Both the position numbers and the translations under genes were made by a program. Of a stretch of 53,553 bases of DNA, positions 41,251-50,891 are shown one piece after another; positions within the stretch are counted from its first letter, which is position 1; each line of letters starts with the position of its first letter. Location of the stretch: positions 1 to 53,553 of the forward strand of contig JAKFXQ010000024.1 in the NCBI GenBank assembly GCA_021731295.1, read 5' to 3'. This DNA is from Patescibacteria group bacterium (GTDB taxonomy: Bacteria; Patescibacteriota; Minisyncoccia; Phycocordibacterales; UBA2100). The notes beneath the pieces were generated by a model. That model saw only the letters and a list, made by a program, of their open reading frames with translations. It did no database searches and had not been told where the DNA came from.

Positions 41251-41410
41251 GGTCCGATTATACGTATAGGACTACGCATAGCAATGCGTGTGTCTTTAAT
41301 GTGGGGATTGGTGTGTCTCAGGTGTCTTTTCGCATGTCTCATGTGCCTCGTGTCCGTTCGCGCTCGTCCAGGAGCCAACTCGTCCTCCCCTCTCGTGCTA
41401 CTATTCCTGC

Positions 41411-43615
41411 GTGGCAAAAGACAAGCGTTCACGACGAAAAAAGGACGAGGAGGAGCCGGGGCTTCCGCTCATTAGTTCGGATGCCTTACGTGGTGTCGCC
41501 GCGGTCTTAGTGTTTGCACTTGCGGTCTTTCTAACGCTCGCTGGCTTCTCGCTCGCCGGTACGGCCGGTGAGTTCTTGTACGGGCTTCTTACGAAACTTC
41601 TTGGCGTTGGGTACCTTCTCTTCCCACTGTCACTCTTCGTGCTTGCAATCTCACTGATGCGCTCATTTGAGAGTCGATTTGGGACTGTTCAGATTGGGAG
41701 CGTCCTCATCTTTCTGCTTTCAGGGTTAGGTCTCATCAATGTCGCACTGCCGGGTAAAAGCGGCATAATTGGCACTGCTGTTGCAAGTCCCCTTTTGGCG
41801 ACCGTGGACACCATCGCGACGGTCATTTTCCTCATCTCATTCATTTTTGCATCATTGATAGTAGCGTTCGATATAAGCCTCGGCGCCATCTGGTCTACAC
41901 TGCGCTCACGAGCTGAAAGCGCATCCAACGGAGCCTTCCCCACCGAACCTGTTGTACATGATCACGTAGCGGATGCAGAAGCCGTCGAACCTGAGGAGGT
42001 ACCCGACGCTGATGAGGAGGAGGACAACGATGTCCGCGCTCAAGAATCAACGCGCACGAAAGCGCCGGCGATAGGCGCCGACGAGGAGGCAGCGGCAGGA
42101 TTCCCCGTCATCACCGCATCTGACGTTGCATACGTTCCACCGCCCATCGCGCTTCTCGGCAAGAATAAAGGCAAGCCGGAGGTTGGTGATGTGAAGGCGA
42201 ACATGAACATCATCAAACGGACACTCCAGAATTTCGGCATTCAAGTGGAGATGGATGAGGTATCCATTGGGCCGACAGTCACACGCTATGCGATGAAACC
42301 AGCTGAGGGTGTGCGTCTCTCAAAGATTGTTGCCCTGCAATCAAACTTAGAACTTGCACTCGCCGCGTCCCCTGTCCGCCTTGAAGCGCCCATCCCAGGA
42401 AAATCACTCGTGGGTGTCGAGGTGCCAAATATTGCGAGAACGACGCTCGGTCTTTCCCCGCTCTTTACGGACACCAAGTACACGCAGGGTGATAAGCCGC
42501 TTCTTATTGCGCTTGGTCGTAGCATTTCAGGCTCATCTGAATTCGCGGACCTCGCACGCATGCCGCATCTTCTCGTCGCCGGCACGACCGGTAGCGGTAA
42601 ATCCGTCTGCATCCACGACATCGTACTCTCGCTTCTCTATCGTTGTGGTCCAGAGCGTCTCCGCTTCATCATGATTGACCCAAAGCGAGTTGAGCTAACG
42701 CCGTATAACTCTATCCCCCACCTCCTCACGCCCGTCATCACGGAGCCGAAGAAGGCGATTCTCGCACTGAAGTGGCTCACGAAAGAAATGGAGCGCCGAT
42801 ACAATGTGCTGCAAACAGAAAAAGTGCGCGACATCGTTTCCTACCATGACAACGTCGTAAAACCTGCGCTTGAGAAGAAGCGCGAGGCGGATGCAAAGCT
42901 GCCCGAGGCCATGCCTTATATCGTCGTCATCATCGACGAGCTCGCTGACATCATGCAGATGTACCCCCGCGAACTGGAGGGCGGCATCGTTCGTTTGGCA
43001 CAAATGAGTCGTGCGGTCGGCATACACCTCATCCTCTCCACCCAGCGCCCGTCGGTGAAAGTCATCACCGGACTCATCAAGGCAAACGTGCCGGGACGTA
43101 TCGCCTTTCAAGTCGCGTCACAGATAGACTCACGCACCATACTGGACACGGGCGGGGCAGAAAAACTCTTGGGCGCCGGCGACATGCTCTACCTCTCTGC
43201 TGAACTTTCCAAGCCACGCCGTATACAGGCCCCATACACATCTGAAAAGGAGGTGAAAAGTGTTGTTGATTACCTCGCGCGACAGTATCAAGGAGAGCTG
43301 GGCGACCAGATTAGTTTTGATGAGAACAAAGGCGAGCCAGGCGGCATGGACGCGGTCTTTGCCTCTATGGAGGACGAGGAGGGCGACGATTTGTACCCTG
43401 AAGCGAAGAAGGCAGTGATTGAGGCGGGCAAGGCGTCAACGTCCTATCTCCAGCGCAAGTTGAGTATTGGGTATTCTCGTGCAGCAAAGATGATGGACCT
43501 CTTGTACGAGCGTGGCGTCATCGGCCCGCCAGATGGATCGAAACCGCGCGAAGTTATTGGTGCAGGAAATGCCGACGAGCTTGCAGCCGAACCACCAGAG
43601 AATGACCGCGCCTAG
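41411..43615 (+). CDS. ftsK: DNA translocase FtsK
   Basis: N-terminal TMs, PHLLVAGTTGSGKS, IIDELAD, TQRPS, gamma domain STSYLQRKL.IGY.RA. Confidence 0.97.
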   Translation: MAKDKRSRRKKDEEEPGLPLISSDALRGVAAVLVFALAVFLTLAGFSLAGTAGEFLYGLLTKLLGVGYLLFPLSLFVLAISLMRSFESRFGTVQIGSVLIFLLSGLGLINVALPGKSGIIGTAVASPLLATVDTIATVIFLISFIFASLIVAFDISLGAIWSTLRSRAESASNGAFPTEPVVHDHVADAEAVEPEEVPDADEEEDNDVRAQESTRTKAPAIGADEEAAAGFPVITASDVAYVPPPIALLGKNKGKPEVGDVKANMNIIKRTLQNFGIQVEMDEVSIGPTVTRYAMKPAEGVRLSKIVALQSNLELALAASPVRLEAPIPGKSLVGVEVPNIARTTLGLSPLFTDTKYTQGDKPLLIALGRSISGSSEFADLARMPHLLVAGTTGSGKSVCIHDIVLSLLYRCGPERLRFIMIDPKRVELTPYNSIPHLLTPVITEPKKAILALKWLTKEMERRYNVLQTEKVRDIVSYHDNVVKPALEKKREADAKLPEAMPYIVVIIDELADIMQMYPRELEGGIVRLAQMSRAVGIHLILSTQRPSVKVITGLIKANVPGRIAFQVASQIDSRTILDTGGAEKLLGAGDMLYLSAELSKPRRIQAPYTSEKEVKSVVDYLARQYQGELGDQISFDENKGEPGGMDAVFASMEDEEGDDLYPEAKKAVIEAGKASTSYLQRKLSIGYSRAAKMMDLLYERGVIGPPDGSKPREVIGAGNADELAAEPPENDRA

Positions 43616-43621
43616 TCACCT

Positions 43622-44023
43622 ATGACACCATTGCGTGAAAATCGCCTCATGCGCCTCTCACTGGCTCTCTTCTTTGTACTTTTCATCCTCTACGGCCTGT
43701 ACGAAGCGAGTGCGCTCTTGTGGGGTCCGCAAATTACATTGCCAGAAGATGCCATTGTCGTTTCAGAACCACACGCTGCAATTCGTGGCATCGCGGCCAA
43801 CGTCTCCAGCCTCTTTCTCAACGGCACTGTCGTTACGATGACCGAGGAGGGGGCGTTCGAAAAGACGGTTACCTTAATGCCGGGCACGAACCGTTTTCTC
43901 CTCATCGCTCACGATAAATATGGCCGCACTCGTGAAGAAGCGCTCGACATTCTGTTCGTTGAGTCCCCTGATGCACAGAGGCCTCCGCCGCGCGCCGCGG
44001 CAACAAGCAGTGCCCCACTCTAG
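43622..44023 (+). CDS. Membrane-anchored Ig-like hypothetical protein
   Basis: TM then LNG...G.F...L.PG.N...A.D.YGR beta sandwich pattern. Confidence 0.75.
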   Translation: MTPLRENRLMRLSLALFFVLFILYGLYEASALLWGPQITLPEDAIVVSEPHAAIRGIAANVSSLFLNGTVVTMTEEGAFEKTVTLMPGTNRFLLIAHDKYGRTREEALDILFVESPDAQRPPPRAAATSSAPL

Positions 44024-44063
44024 CGGTGTATACTCACTTCATTAGCCATTCCTAAACATCCGT

Positions 44064-45119
44064 ATGCAGAAAAAGAAAGAAAAACCGGCACCGAAGGCAG
44101 ATGGTTCTGATAAAGACATTGACCGCGCGCTCTCCGAAATTAAGACAAAATTTGGTGATGAGGCCATCATGAAATTGGGCGACTCGCCGAAGGTAGACGT
44201 GAACGCCATTTCAACCGGCTCCATCGGTGTCGACTGGGCACTCGGTATCGGCGGATTACCCCGCGGCCGCATCATCGAAGTCTTTGGTCCAGAATCCTCC
44301 GGCAAGACGACGCTCTCCCTCCACTGCGTCGCGGAAGCACAAAAGAAAGGTGGTATCTGCGCCTTTATAGACGCGGAGCACGCATTGGATCCCGAGTATG
44401 CAAAGAAGCTCGGCGTGAACATCAACGAGCTTCTCGTCTCACAACCAGACACCGGCGAGCAAGCACTTGAAATTGTTGAATCATTGGTGCGGAGCGGAAA
44501 GATTGATGTCATTGTCATCGACTCAGTGGCCGCACTCACTCCCCGCGATGAAATAGAAGGAGACATGGGCGCACAGCATGTTGGAAAACAAGCGCGCCTC
44601 ATGTCACAGGCGCTACGCAAATTGACGGCTATTGTGTCGAAGACCAAGACGGTCATCATCTTCATCAACCAAATTCGCATGCAGATTGGCGTGATGTTTG
44701 GAAACCCAGAAACAACGCCAGGCGGCAAAGCGCTCAAATTCTACACATCCGTACGTATAGACATCCGTCGCATCGCGCAAATCAAGAAAGGCGATGAGAT
44801 TATGGGTGGCCGACATCGTGTGAAAATCGTTAAGAACAAAGTTGCCGCCCCCTTCCGTCAGTCTGAGTTCGACATGCTCTACGGCGAGGGCATATCGCGT
44901 GAAGGCGAATGTCTCGCGCTCGGGGAAAAGCTCGGCATCATCCAGAAATCATCGGGTGGCGCGTATTCATATGGCGAGACAAAAATCGGCCGCGGCTATG
45001 ATGCTGCGCGCACATTCCTGCACGAGAACAAGCCAGTCCTCAATAGTATTCTCAAAGACATCAAGAAGGGACTTGAGAACGGCGGTGTTGCGGTGTCGAA
45101 ATCTGGGGGCGACGAATAG
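44064..45119 (+). CDS. recA: Recombinase RecA
   Basis: [44 protein letters not shown]. Confidence 0.99.
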   Translation: MQKKKEKPAPKADGSDKDIDRALSEIKTKFGDEAIMKLGDSPKVDVNAISTGSIGVDWALGIGGLPRGRIIEVFGPESSGKTTLSLHCVAEAQKKGGICAFIDAEHALDPEYAKKLGVNINELLVSQPDTGEQALEIVESLVRSGKIDVIVIDSVAALTPRDEIEGDMGAQHVGKQARLMSQALRKLTAIVSKTKTVIIFINQIRMQIGVMFGNPETTPGGKALKFYTSVRIDIRRIAQIKKGDEIMGGRHRVKIVKNKVAAPFRQSEFDMLYGEGISREGECLALGEKLGIIQKSSGGAYSYGETKIGRGYDAARTFLHENKPVLNSILKDIKKGLENGGVAVSKSGGDE

Positions 45120-45163
45120 TCGCGCCTGGACATACCTGTCATATCGACTAGAATGCCCGCCAT

Positions 45164-45724
45164 ATGTTGAACTACAACGAGATTAAGCCGGGCGTCGCGG
45201 TCCTGGTAGAGAACGAGCCATACGTCTGCACGTGGAATAACATTATGCAGAAGCAGCAGCGTCGTCCCGTGAATCAGACGAAGCTGCGCCACCTGATTAA
45301 AGGCAACGTTATCGAGTACTCGTTCCAGCAGAGCGACAAGCTCTACGAGGCAGAAATCGATACGCGCCCTGCACAATTCATCTTCGAGAAGAATGACGAA
45401 TGGTTTTTCCACGACGCCAGCGACAAGTCCAAGCGCTTTTCCCTTTCGACCGACATGGTTGGCGAGAGCGGTAAGTTCTTGAAGCCCAATACTGAAATCG
45501 AAACGCAGGCATTTGACGGCAAAATCTTCCGCGTAAAGCTCCCGATTAAAGTCGAGCTGAAGGTAGTCGAGGCGCCGCCAGATGTACGCGGCAACACCGC
45601 GCAAGGTGGCTCGAAGATTGTTACGTTGGAAACCGGCGCGACCATCAACACGCCGATGTTCGTAAAGGAAGGCGACATTGTGCGCATCAATACGGAAACG
45701 GGCGACTACGTCGAGCGCGTGTAG
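45164..45724 (+). CDS. efp: Elongation factor P
   Basis: P.VRGNTAQGGSK...LETG, PMFVK.GD..RINT.TG.Y.ER. Confidence 0.96.
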   Translation: MLNYNEIKPGVAVLVENEPYVCTWNNIMQKQQRRPVNQTKLRHLIKGNVIEYSFQQSDKLYEAEIDTRPAQFIFEKNDEWFFHDASDKSKRFSLSTDMVGESGKFLKPNTEIETQAFDGKIFRVKLPIKVELKVVEAPPDVRGNTAQGGSKIVTLETGATINTPMFVKEGDIVRINTETGDYVERV

Positions 45725-45740
45725 CCACGTCTCGTCTCTG

Positions 45741-45776
45741 CATGAAAGAAGCCGCCCAAGGGCGGCTTCTTTCATG
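45741..45776. terminator. Bidirectional terminator efp/rpsR
   Basis: CATGAAAGAAGCCGCC..GGCGGCTTCTTTCATG. Confidence 0.85.
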
Positions 45777-45790
45777 CTCGTTCGAGCTGC

Positions 45791-45994
45791 CTATTTTTGG
45801 ATGTACGGCATCAGGGACATGAAGCGCGAGCGCTTCAACGCCTCCTCGACTGCACGCTGCTGCTTTGCAGTGAGACCAGTCTTCTTGCGGCTCATCATAC
45901 GGCCGTGCGGGTTCACAAACTGCTTCAAGAGGTCCACGTCCTTGTAGTCGACGTGGCGGATGTCGTTTTGGGTCAAAATGTTGTTTGTTGCCAT
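45791..45994 (-). CDS. rpsR: 30S ribosomal protein bS18
   Basis: DYKDVDLLKQF..GR, TG..AK.QR, LMPY. Confidence 0.97.
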   Translation of the reverse strand: MATNNILTQNDIRHVDYKDVDLLKQFVNPHGRMMSRKKTGLTAKQQRAVEEALKRSRFMSLMPYIQK

Positions 45995-46029
45995 AGCGAG
46001 GGGACTATATCGTAAAGCGATGAGTAAGT

Positions 46030-46494
46030 CTAGAACGGGATGTCTTCCGGATTGATGTCATCCTTCGGGTAGTCGATGCCTGCTCCTGAAGTTGAACCTT
46101 CCTCATCCTTGCTCTTACCGCGCGGCGCGCCACCGGTGCTCGGGCCAGCACCAGCGCCGCCTGGACCACCAACGCGTGGACCGAACTGGACGCGATCGGC
46201 GACAACTTCAACGCGGTACTGCTTCTGGCCGTCTTTCTCCCAAGAGCGCGACTGAAGCCGGCCTTCAATAAAGACCCCACTTCCCTTTTTCATGTACTGC
46301 GAGACGGTGTCCGCCTGACGACCGAAAACGACGATGTTATGGAAATCCACCTGCTCTTGCTTCTTGCCATCCTTGCCCGTAAAGGTGCGGTTCGTGGCAA
46401 TCGAAAATGAGCAGACGTTCATGCCACTCGGGAGCGCGCGGAGTTCAGGATCGCGGGTCAGGTTGCCGTACAAAATGACGGTGTTGACGTACAT
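46030..46494 (-). CDS. ssb: Single-stranded DNA-binding protein
   Basis: GNLTRDPELR, EGRLQ.RSW, C-terminal EDIPF. Confidence 0.98.
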   Translation of the reverse strand: MYVNTVILYGNLTRDPELRALPSGMNVCSFSIATNRTFTGKDGKKQEQVDFHNIVVFGRQADTVSQYMKKGSGVFIEGRLQSRSWEKDGQKQYRVEVVADRVQFGPRVGGPGGAGAGPSTGGAPRGKSKDEEGSTSGAGIDYPKDDINPEDIPF

Positions 46495-46497
46495 AGC

Positions 46498-47001
46498 CTA
46501 TTCGGCAGTGAGAGTCTCAAGAGCTTTGTCGAGGTCTGCCTCGGAAACGGGTGTCTCTGCGGCTTCTTCAGTCTTCTTAGGAGCAGAGCGAATGGTGTCA
46601 GTGCGGCGCACTTCACGCATGGTTACCTTCAGCTTTGCGCGAGTGTCTTCGCGAACCGTTTTGAAGACGAGGTGACGAATGATAGACGGATGCGCCTTGA
46701 GAGCGGCGTCGATGTGGGCGGAGACTTCCGTCGTGGTCTCGAACTTAATCCAACCAAAGAATGCACGGTCGTACTCGGTGTATTTTTCGCCATGACGCAC
46801 AGAAATTGGGTAGGAGAGCTTTGTGTGAGCGGGGGCGCCTTCGGCAATGAACGAGCTCCCTGCCTTTTCGATGAGGGCACGGACTTCGGCGACCACCTTC
46901 TCGACATCCTCCTCTTTGACCGAGGGGCTCACGTGGAAACCGACCTCGTAGATACGAAGGGTCATTTCCTTCTCCGGCGCTTCTTTCTTCTTTTCAGCCA
47001 T
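46498..47001 (-). CDS. rpsF: 30S ribosomal protein bS6
   Basis: RIYEVGF, KLSYPI, IIRHL; rpsF-ssb-rpsR synteny; start at MAEKKK. Confidence 0.93.
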   Translation of the reverse strand: MAEKKKEAPEKEMTLRIYEVGFHVSPSVKEEDVEKVVAEVRALIEKAGSSFIAEGAPAHTKLSYPISVRHGEKYTEYDRAFFGWIKFETTTEVSAHIDAALKAHPSIIRHLVFKTVREDTRAKLKVTMREVRRTDTIRSAPKKTEEAAETPVSEADLDKALETLTAE

Positions 47002-47059
47002 ATGTGCGGTGGACAATAGCACGCGCTTACGGCGAGGGCAAGAGACTGGGCGAACGGGC

Positions 47060-47875
47060 CTAGCGGTCGAAATCAAAGACGCGACGGGCATTTTCGGCAA
47101 GCGTTTCGGCCACTTTTTCCACTTCTCCCCCCCGGATACCAGCTATCGCCTTCACCACCTCCGGTACATAGGCCGGCTCGTTGCGCTTGCCTCGGTACGG
47201 CACCGGGGCGACATATGGCGCATCAGTTTCCGAGAGCAGCATGTCCAGAGGCGCATTCTTCACGACCTCGTCGTAGTCGTGGGTAAAGGTGAGCACGCCA
47301 GTGAACGAGAGCGTAAATCCCCGTTCGAGGAATTTTTTCGCGACATCCCAGTCCCCCGCAAAGAAATGCACGTCGCCGCCGACTTTAGCGTGTGCATCGA
47401 GGACTTCGAGCGCATCGTCATATGCGTTCCGTATATGGAGCATTAACGGTTTCTGTAGACGGTTGGCTAGTTCTATCTGCGCGACGAACGCGTCTATTTG
47501 GGTCGCCTTTGTGTTTTCCTCGAGACGATAAAAGTCGAGCCCACATTCACCTATCGCGACTACTTTCGGCGATTGCGCGAGTGCTTCATACGCCACTGCG
47601 TCAAAAAGTTCACCTCGAGACGTGAAGGTCTTCCCACCTTCGCCGAGCTCCTTTTCGTCGTGATATGACTTCCCAGTGTGTATCGGATGCAGTCCGATGG
47701 TCGCCCACGCATGGTCGTACTGTTCGGCAAGTGCGACGGCGTCCCGAGACGTATCCAGCTGTGTCCCGACGATATTCATACCCACATCAGCCTCCTTGGC
47801 CCGCTGCATCGCCGCGTCGGTGTCGTCCTTGAAAGCGACGAAATTTACATGCGTATGACAATCGTAGTACTTCAC
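47060..47875 (-). CDS. tatD: TatD-family hydrolase
   Basis: DCHTH, GLHP, IGECGLD, LHIR, HFF, ETDAPY. Confidence 0.96.
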   Translation of the reverse strand: MKYYDCHTHVNFVAFKDDTDAAMQRAKEADVGMNIVGTQLDTSRDAVALAEQYDHAWATIGLHPIHTGKSYHDEKELGEGGKTFTSRGELFDAVAYEALAQSPKVVAIGECGLDFYRLEENTKATQIDAFVAQIELANRLQKPLMLHIRNAYDDALEVLDAHAKVGGDVHFFAGDWDVAKKFLERGFTLSFTGVLTFTHDYDEVVKNAPLDMLLSETDAPYVAPVPYRGKRNEPAYVPEVVKAIAGIRGGEVEKVAETLAENARRVFDFDR

Positions 47876-47947
47876 GGGACGATAGTAGCATATTGACGTA
47901 GCGCCGGTTTCGGCGATGATGGCGCAGGACCAACGACGGAGAGTCCG

Positions 47948-48325
47948 ATGGAATCAGTCCTGTTTAGTATCAAGGTGCTGTTCACAATCGTGTTAGTGGG
48001 TGCCGCTATCTTCCTCGGCTTTGTCGCCCTCGTGGTACGCACGTGGTCGCGCATCTTCGCTATCTTGAGCTACACGACATTCAAGACGAGCTGCGAAGTG
48101 GCGGAGGAATACCGAACGCGCTTCCGACCTATGATGGGACTTACGAAGTCCCACGCGGAGCATATGCTTAAAGCGGCAACTGAGAAGAAGATGGTCATCG
48201 AGCGAGAGTCCGATGGCCGATGTGGCTGTACACATGAATACTGCCTCTCTGTGACGACGAGACGCAGACGCACCGTGAAAACACGTGTACGAGAAGCGTG
48301 GGACGGGGCGTGGCGCCCCGCCTGA
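47948..48325 (+). CDS. Membrane-anchored hypothetical protein
   Basis: GGAGAG SD, N-terminal TM, possible wHTH-like C-terminus. Confidence 0.6.
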   Translation: MESVLFSIKVLFTIVLVGAAIFLGFVALVVRTWSRIFAILSYTTFKTSCEVAEEYRTRFRPMMGLTKSHAEHMLKAATEKKMVIERESDGRCGCTHEYCLSVTTRRRRTVKTRVREAWDGAWRPA

Positions 48326-48360
48326 ACAGCACGGACCGCATCGCTGCGGTCCGTTTGCTT

Positions 48361-49815
48361 TTATATTTTGCGGGGAAATAGATTCTCCGGCTTCGTATTC
48401 GCGAGAATCGCAGCCTTGATTGCATCGCTTGTTGACGGAGTGAATGGCTGCAAGAGGCGCGCAACATGATAGAGTCGCACTGCGAGGGCGGAAATCATAG
48501 TTCTCCCTTTTTCTGCATCGGTTTTAACTACGGAGAACGGTTTCGTTTCCGCAATTTCCTTGTCCATGTCGGATATCAGCCCCATGCAGTAGTCGGCAGC
48601 ACTCTTGTAATCGAGTGAGTCGAGCGCATTGGTGTACTCGCTCGGAAATATTCCAGGCTCCGGACGCGCTATTGGTATTTCGAGATGTGCTTGCGCCAAG
48701 GTCGTGACGCGCGCAGCGAGGTTTCCGATGCCGTTTGCCAAATCCGCATTGTACGCTTCCTTGAACCGCTCCAGAGTCACATCGGAGTCCTCGAACGGAT
48801 GGACGTGCCGCGCGAGAAAGAGCCGCAGTGCGTCTGTCCCGTACTCACCGACGATGGAGAGCGGGTCTATGACATTGCCGAGCGACTTCGACATTTTCTG
48901 CCCGCCAGAGGTAATGAAGCCGTGGTACGCGACACGTTCAGTATTTTTTATGCCCGCGGACATGAGCATCGCCTGCCACATGATGGACTGGAAACGCACT
49001 TGGTCCTTGCCCGCCATCTGCATCACCTCCCCGTTGACCCAATACGTATCAAACGGACAGTCAGGTTCACCCTGCGAAGCCGTGGCGGAGCAGGGCCACC
49101 CAAGAGTCGAAATGTAGTTAGTGAGCGCATCAAACCAGACATACATGACCTGGGCATCGTCGCCCGGCACAGGAACTCCCCACGGCATACGTGCTTTCTC
49201 ACGCGAGATACTGAAATCTTCCAGACCGCTTTGTACGAACTTCAGTGCTTCGTCTCGACGCCACTCCGGAACGACGACGCCAGGCTTTGAAAGATATTCG
49301 ACGAGCTTGTCCTGATACGCACTCAAGCGGAAAAAATAGTTCTCTTCTGAAATCTCTACTGGCTCCATTGTCGGATGATTTGGACACTTCCCCTCTACAA
49401 GATCGCCGTCCTTCAGAAACATCTCGTCTCCAACACAGTAGAGACCGGTGTAGCTCTTCTTGTAGATATCGCCATTCTCCGCACAGCGGCGCCAGAGCTC
49501 TTGCGCGGCGGCTTTGTGCGCAGTGTCTGTTGTTCTCACGAAATGCAGCGTATCTGAAAGACCGAGAACACTTTTGAGCTCACGGAACTTTGCCGCGTAC
49601 TCATCCACGTAGTCCTGTGGTTCGCGGCCAGTATCACGCGCTTTCTGGTAAATCTTCTGGCCATGCTCGTCAGTTCCAGTGTTGAAAAAAACAGCGTCAC
49701 CTTGAAGTGCGCGGTAGCGTGCGTAGATGTCCGCTTGCACAATCTCTAGCGCGAACCCGATATGCGGGTCCGCGTTCACGTACGGTAAGGTCGTGGAAAG
49801 ATAGAGGTGCTTCAC
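48361..49815 (-). CDS. metG: Methionyl-tRNA synthetase (short form)
   Basis: YVNADPHIG, GTDEHG, YVWFDAL.NY, KMSKSLGN. Confidence 0.98.
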   Translation of the reverse strand: MKHLYLSTTLPYVNADPHIGFALEIVQADIYARYRALQGDAVFFNTGTDEHGQKIYQKARDTGREPQDYVDEYAAKFRELKSVLGLSDTLHFVRTTDTAHKAAAQELWRRCAENGDIYKKSYTGLYCVGDEMFLKDGDLVEGKCPNHPTMEPVEISEENYFFRLSAYQDKLVEYLSKPGVVVPEWRRDEALKFVQSGLEDFSISREKARMPWGVPVPGDDAQVMYVWFDALTNYISTLGWPCSATASQGEPDCPFDTYWVNGEVMQMAGKDQVRFQSIMWQAMLMSAGIKNTERVAYHGFITSGGQKMSKSLGNVIDPLSIVGEYGTDALRLFLARHVHPFEDSDVTLERFKEAYNADLANGIGNLAARVTTLAQAHLEIPIARPEPGIFPSEYTNALDSLDYKSAADYCMGLISDMDKEIAETKPFSVVKTDAEKGRTMISALAVRLYHVARLLQPFTPSTSDAIKAAILANTKPENLFPRKI

Positions 49816-50858
49816 GAGGCTACACTACCACGCCGGCGCTCTTTGTCAGCGTCGGAAATCAACTCCTGCACGATAGCGGCGATTGGCGCCGAGAGAAGAA
49901 TACCGAGAACGCCGGCGAGCTTTGCGCCGATAAGGAGGCAGATGATGACCAACAAGGGCGGTACTCCTACGACCTTGGTGACAACCAGCGGATAGATGAG
50001 GTGATTCTCGAACTGCTGAATAATGATGTACCAGACCGTGACCGCAACACCGAGACCAAGTCCCCCGTCCGCGAGCGCGACCAACACGGCCGGCACGGCG
50101 GCGAGCGTAGGGCCGAAGACCGGAATAATCTCGAAGAACCCAGCGACAACAGCAAGGAGGAGCGCGTGCGGTACGCCAAGAATCATGAGCCCCAAATACA
50201 CCAAAACACCAACTATGACCCCAAGAAGTAGCTGACCTTGGAGCCAGAGCCCAATTTTGTGTTGGGAGCGTTTCCAGAGACCCACAATGTAATTCTCATA
50301 CTGCACCGGGGTCACGACACGCAGAAAATCTTCCACGCTGCGCTCTTGTATCGAAAAGTAGAAGGAGAAGACGATAATCAAGACGAACGACAGGACCCCG
50401 CCGAAAATCGTTGAGACAGCCGTCAGTGAGTCGCGCGAGAACTCCGCGACCAATCCCTGTACGTTGCCGAGGAGGCGTGAGGCGATAGTATCCGGAGACG
50501 TGTTCGTAGCATCGAGTATGGGCGCATATTCGAGCGGCACGTACTGGACATACTCGAGATATCTTGGGATAGATGCGACAAAGCGCGCTGTCTCACTCAA
50601 GAGTATGGGCACAAACAGATACAAAATGCCGATGAGTGCGCCTAGGAATGCCGCGTATACGATGATTACCGAAGGGATGCGTGGAATGCGGTATCTCCCG
50701 AGCGCACGGGCCGCGGGTTCTATACCGGAGGCAATGACAATCGCCGTCAGAAGGACAATGACCAAGTCGCTCAATTGATACAACAGCCACGCACCGGCGA
50801 GGATGATGACCACCTTAAGGATTGTGCTTGTCGTGATGGAGATAGTTCTCTCTTCCAT
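49812..50858 (-). CDS. AI-2E family transporter
   Basis: Multi-TM; IPVFGP, QQFENHLIYP, G.LAG..G..LS.P. Confidence 0.93.
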   Translation of the reverse strand: MEERTISITTSTILKVVIILAGAWLLYQLSDLVIVLLTAIVIASGIEPAARALGRYRIPRIPSVIIVYAAFLGALIGILYLFVPILLSETARFVASIPRYLEYVQYVPLEYAPILDATNTSPDTIASRLLGNVQGLVAEFSRDSLTAVSTIFGGVLSFVLIIVFSFYFSIQERSVEDFLRVVTPVQYENYIVGLWKRSQHKIGLWLQGQLLLGVIVGVLVYLGLMILGVPHALLLAVVAGFFEIIPVFGPTLAAVPAVLVALADGGLGLGVAVTVWYIIIQQFENHLIYPLVVTKVVGVPPLLVIICLLIGAKLAGVLGILLSAPIAAIVQELISDADKERRRGSVAS

Positions 50859-50891
50859 GCGTGCATGATAGCACCCCTGTTTATCGCGTCG

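Noticed and set aside
45777-46000. No rplI after rpsR; Cys-free bS18
   Set aside because: bL9 loss is well known for CPR and Zn-free bS18 is common
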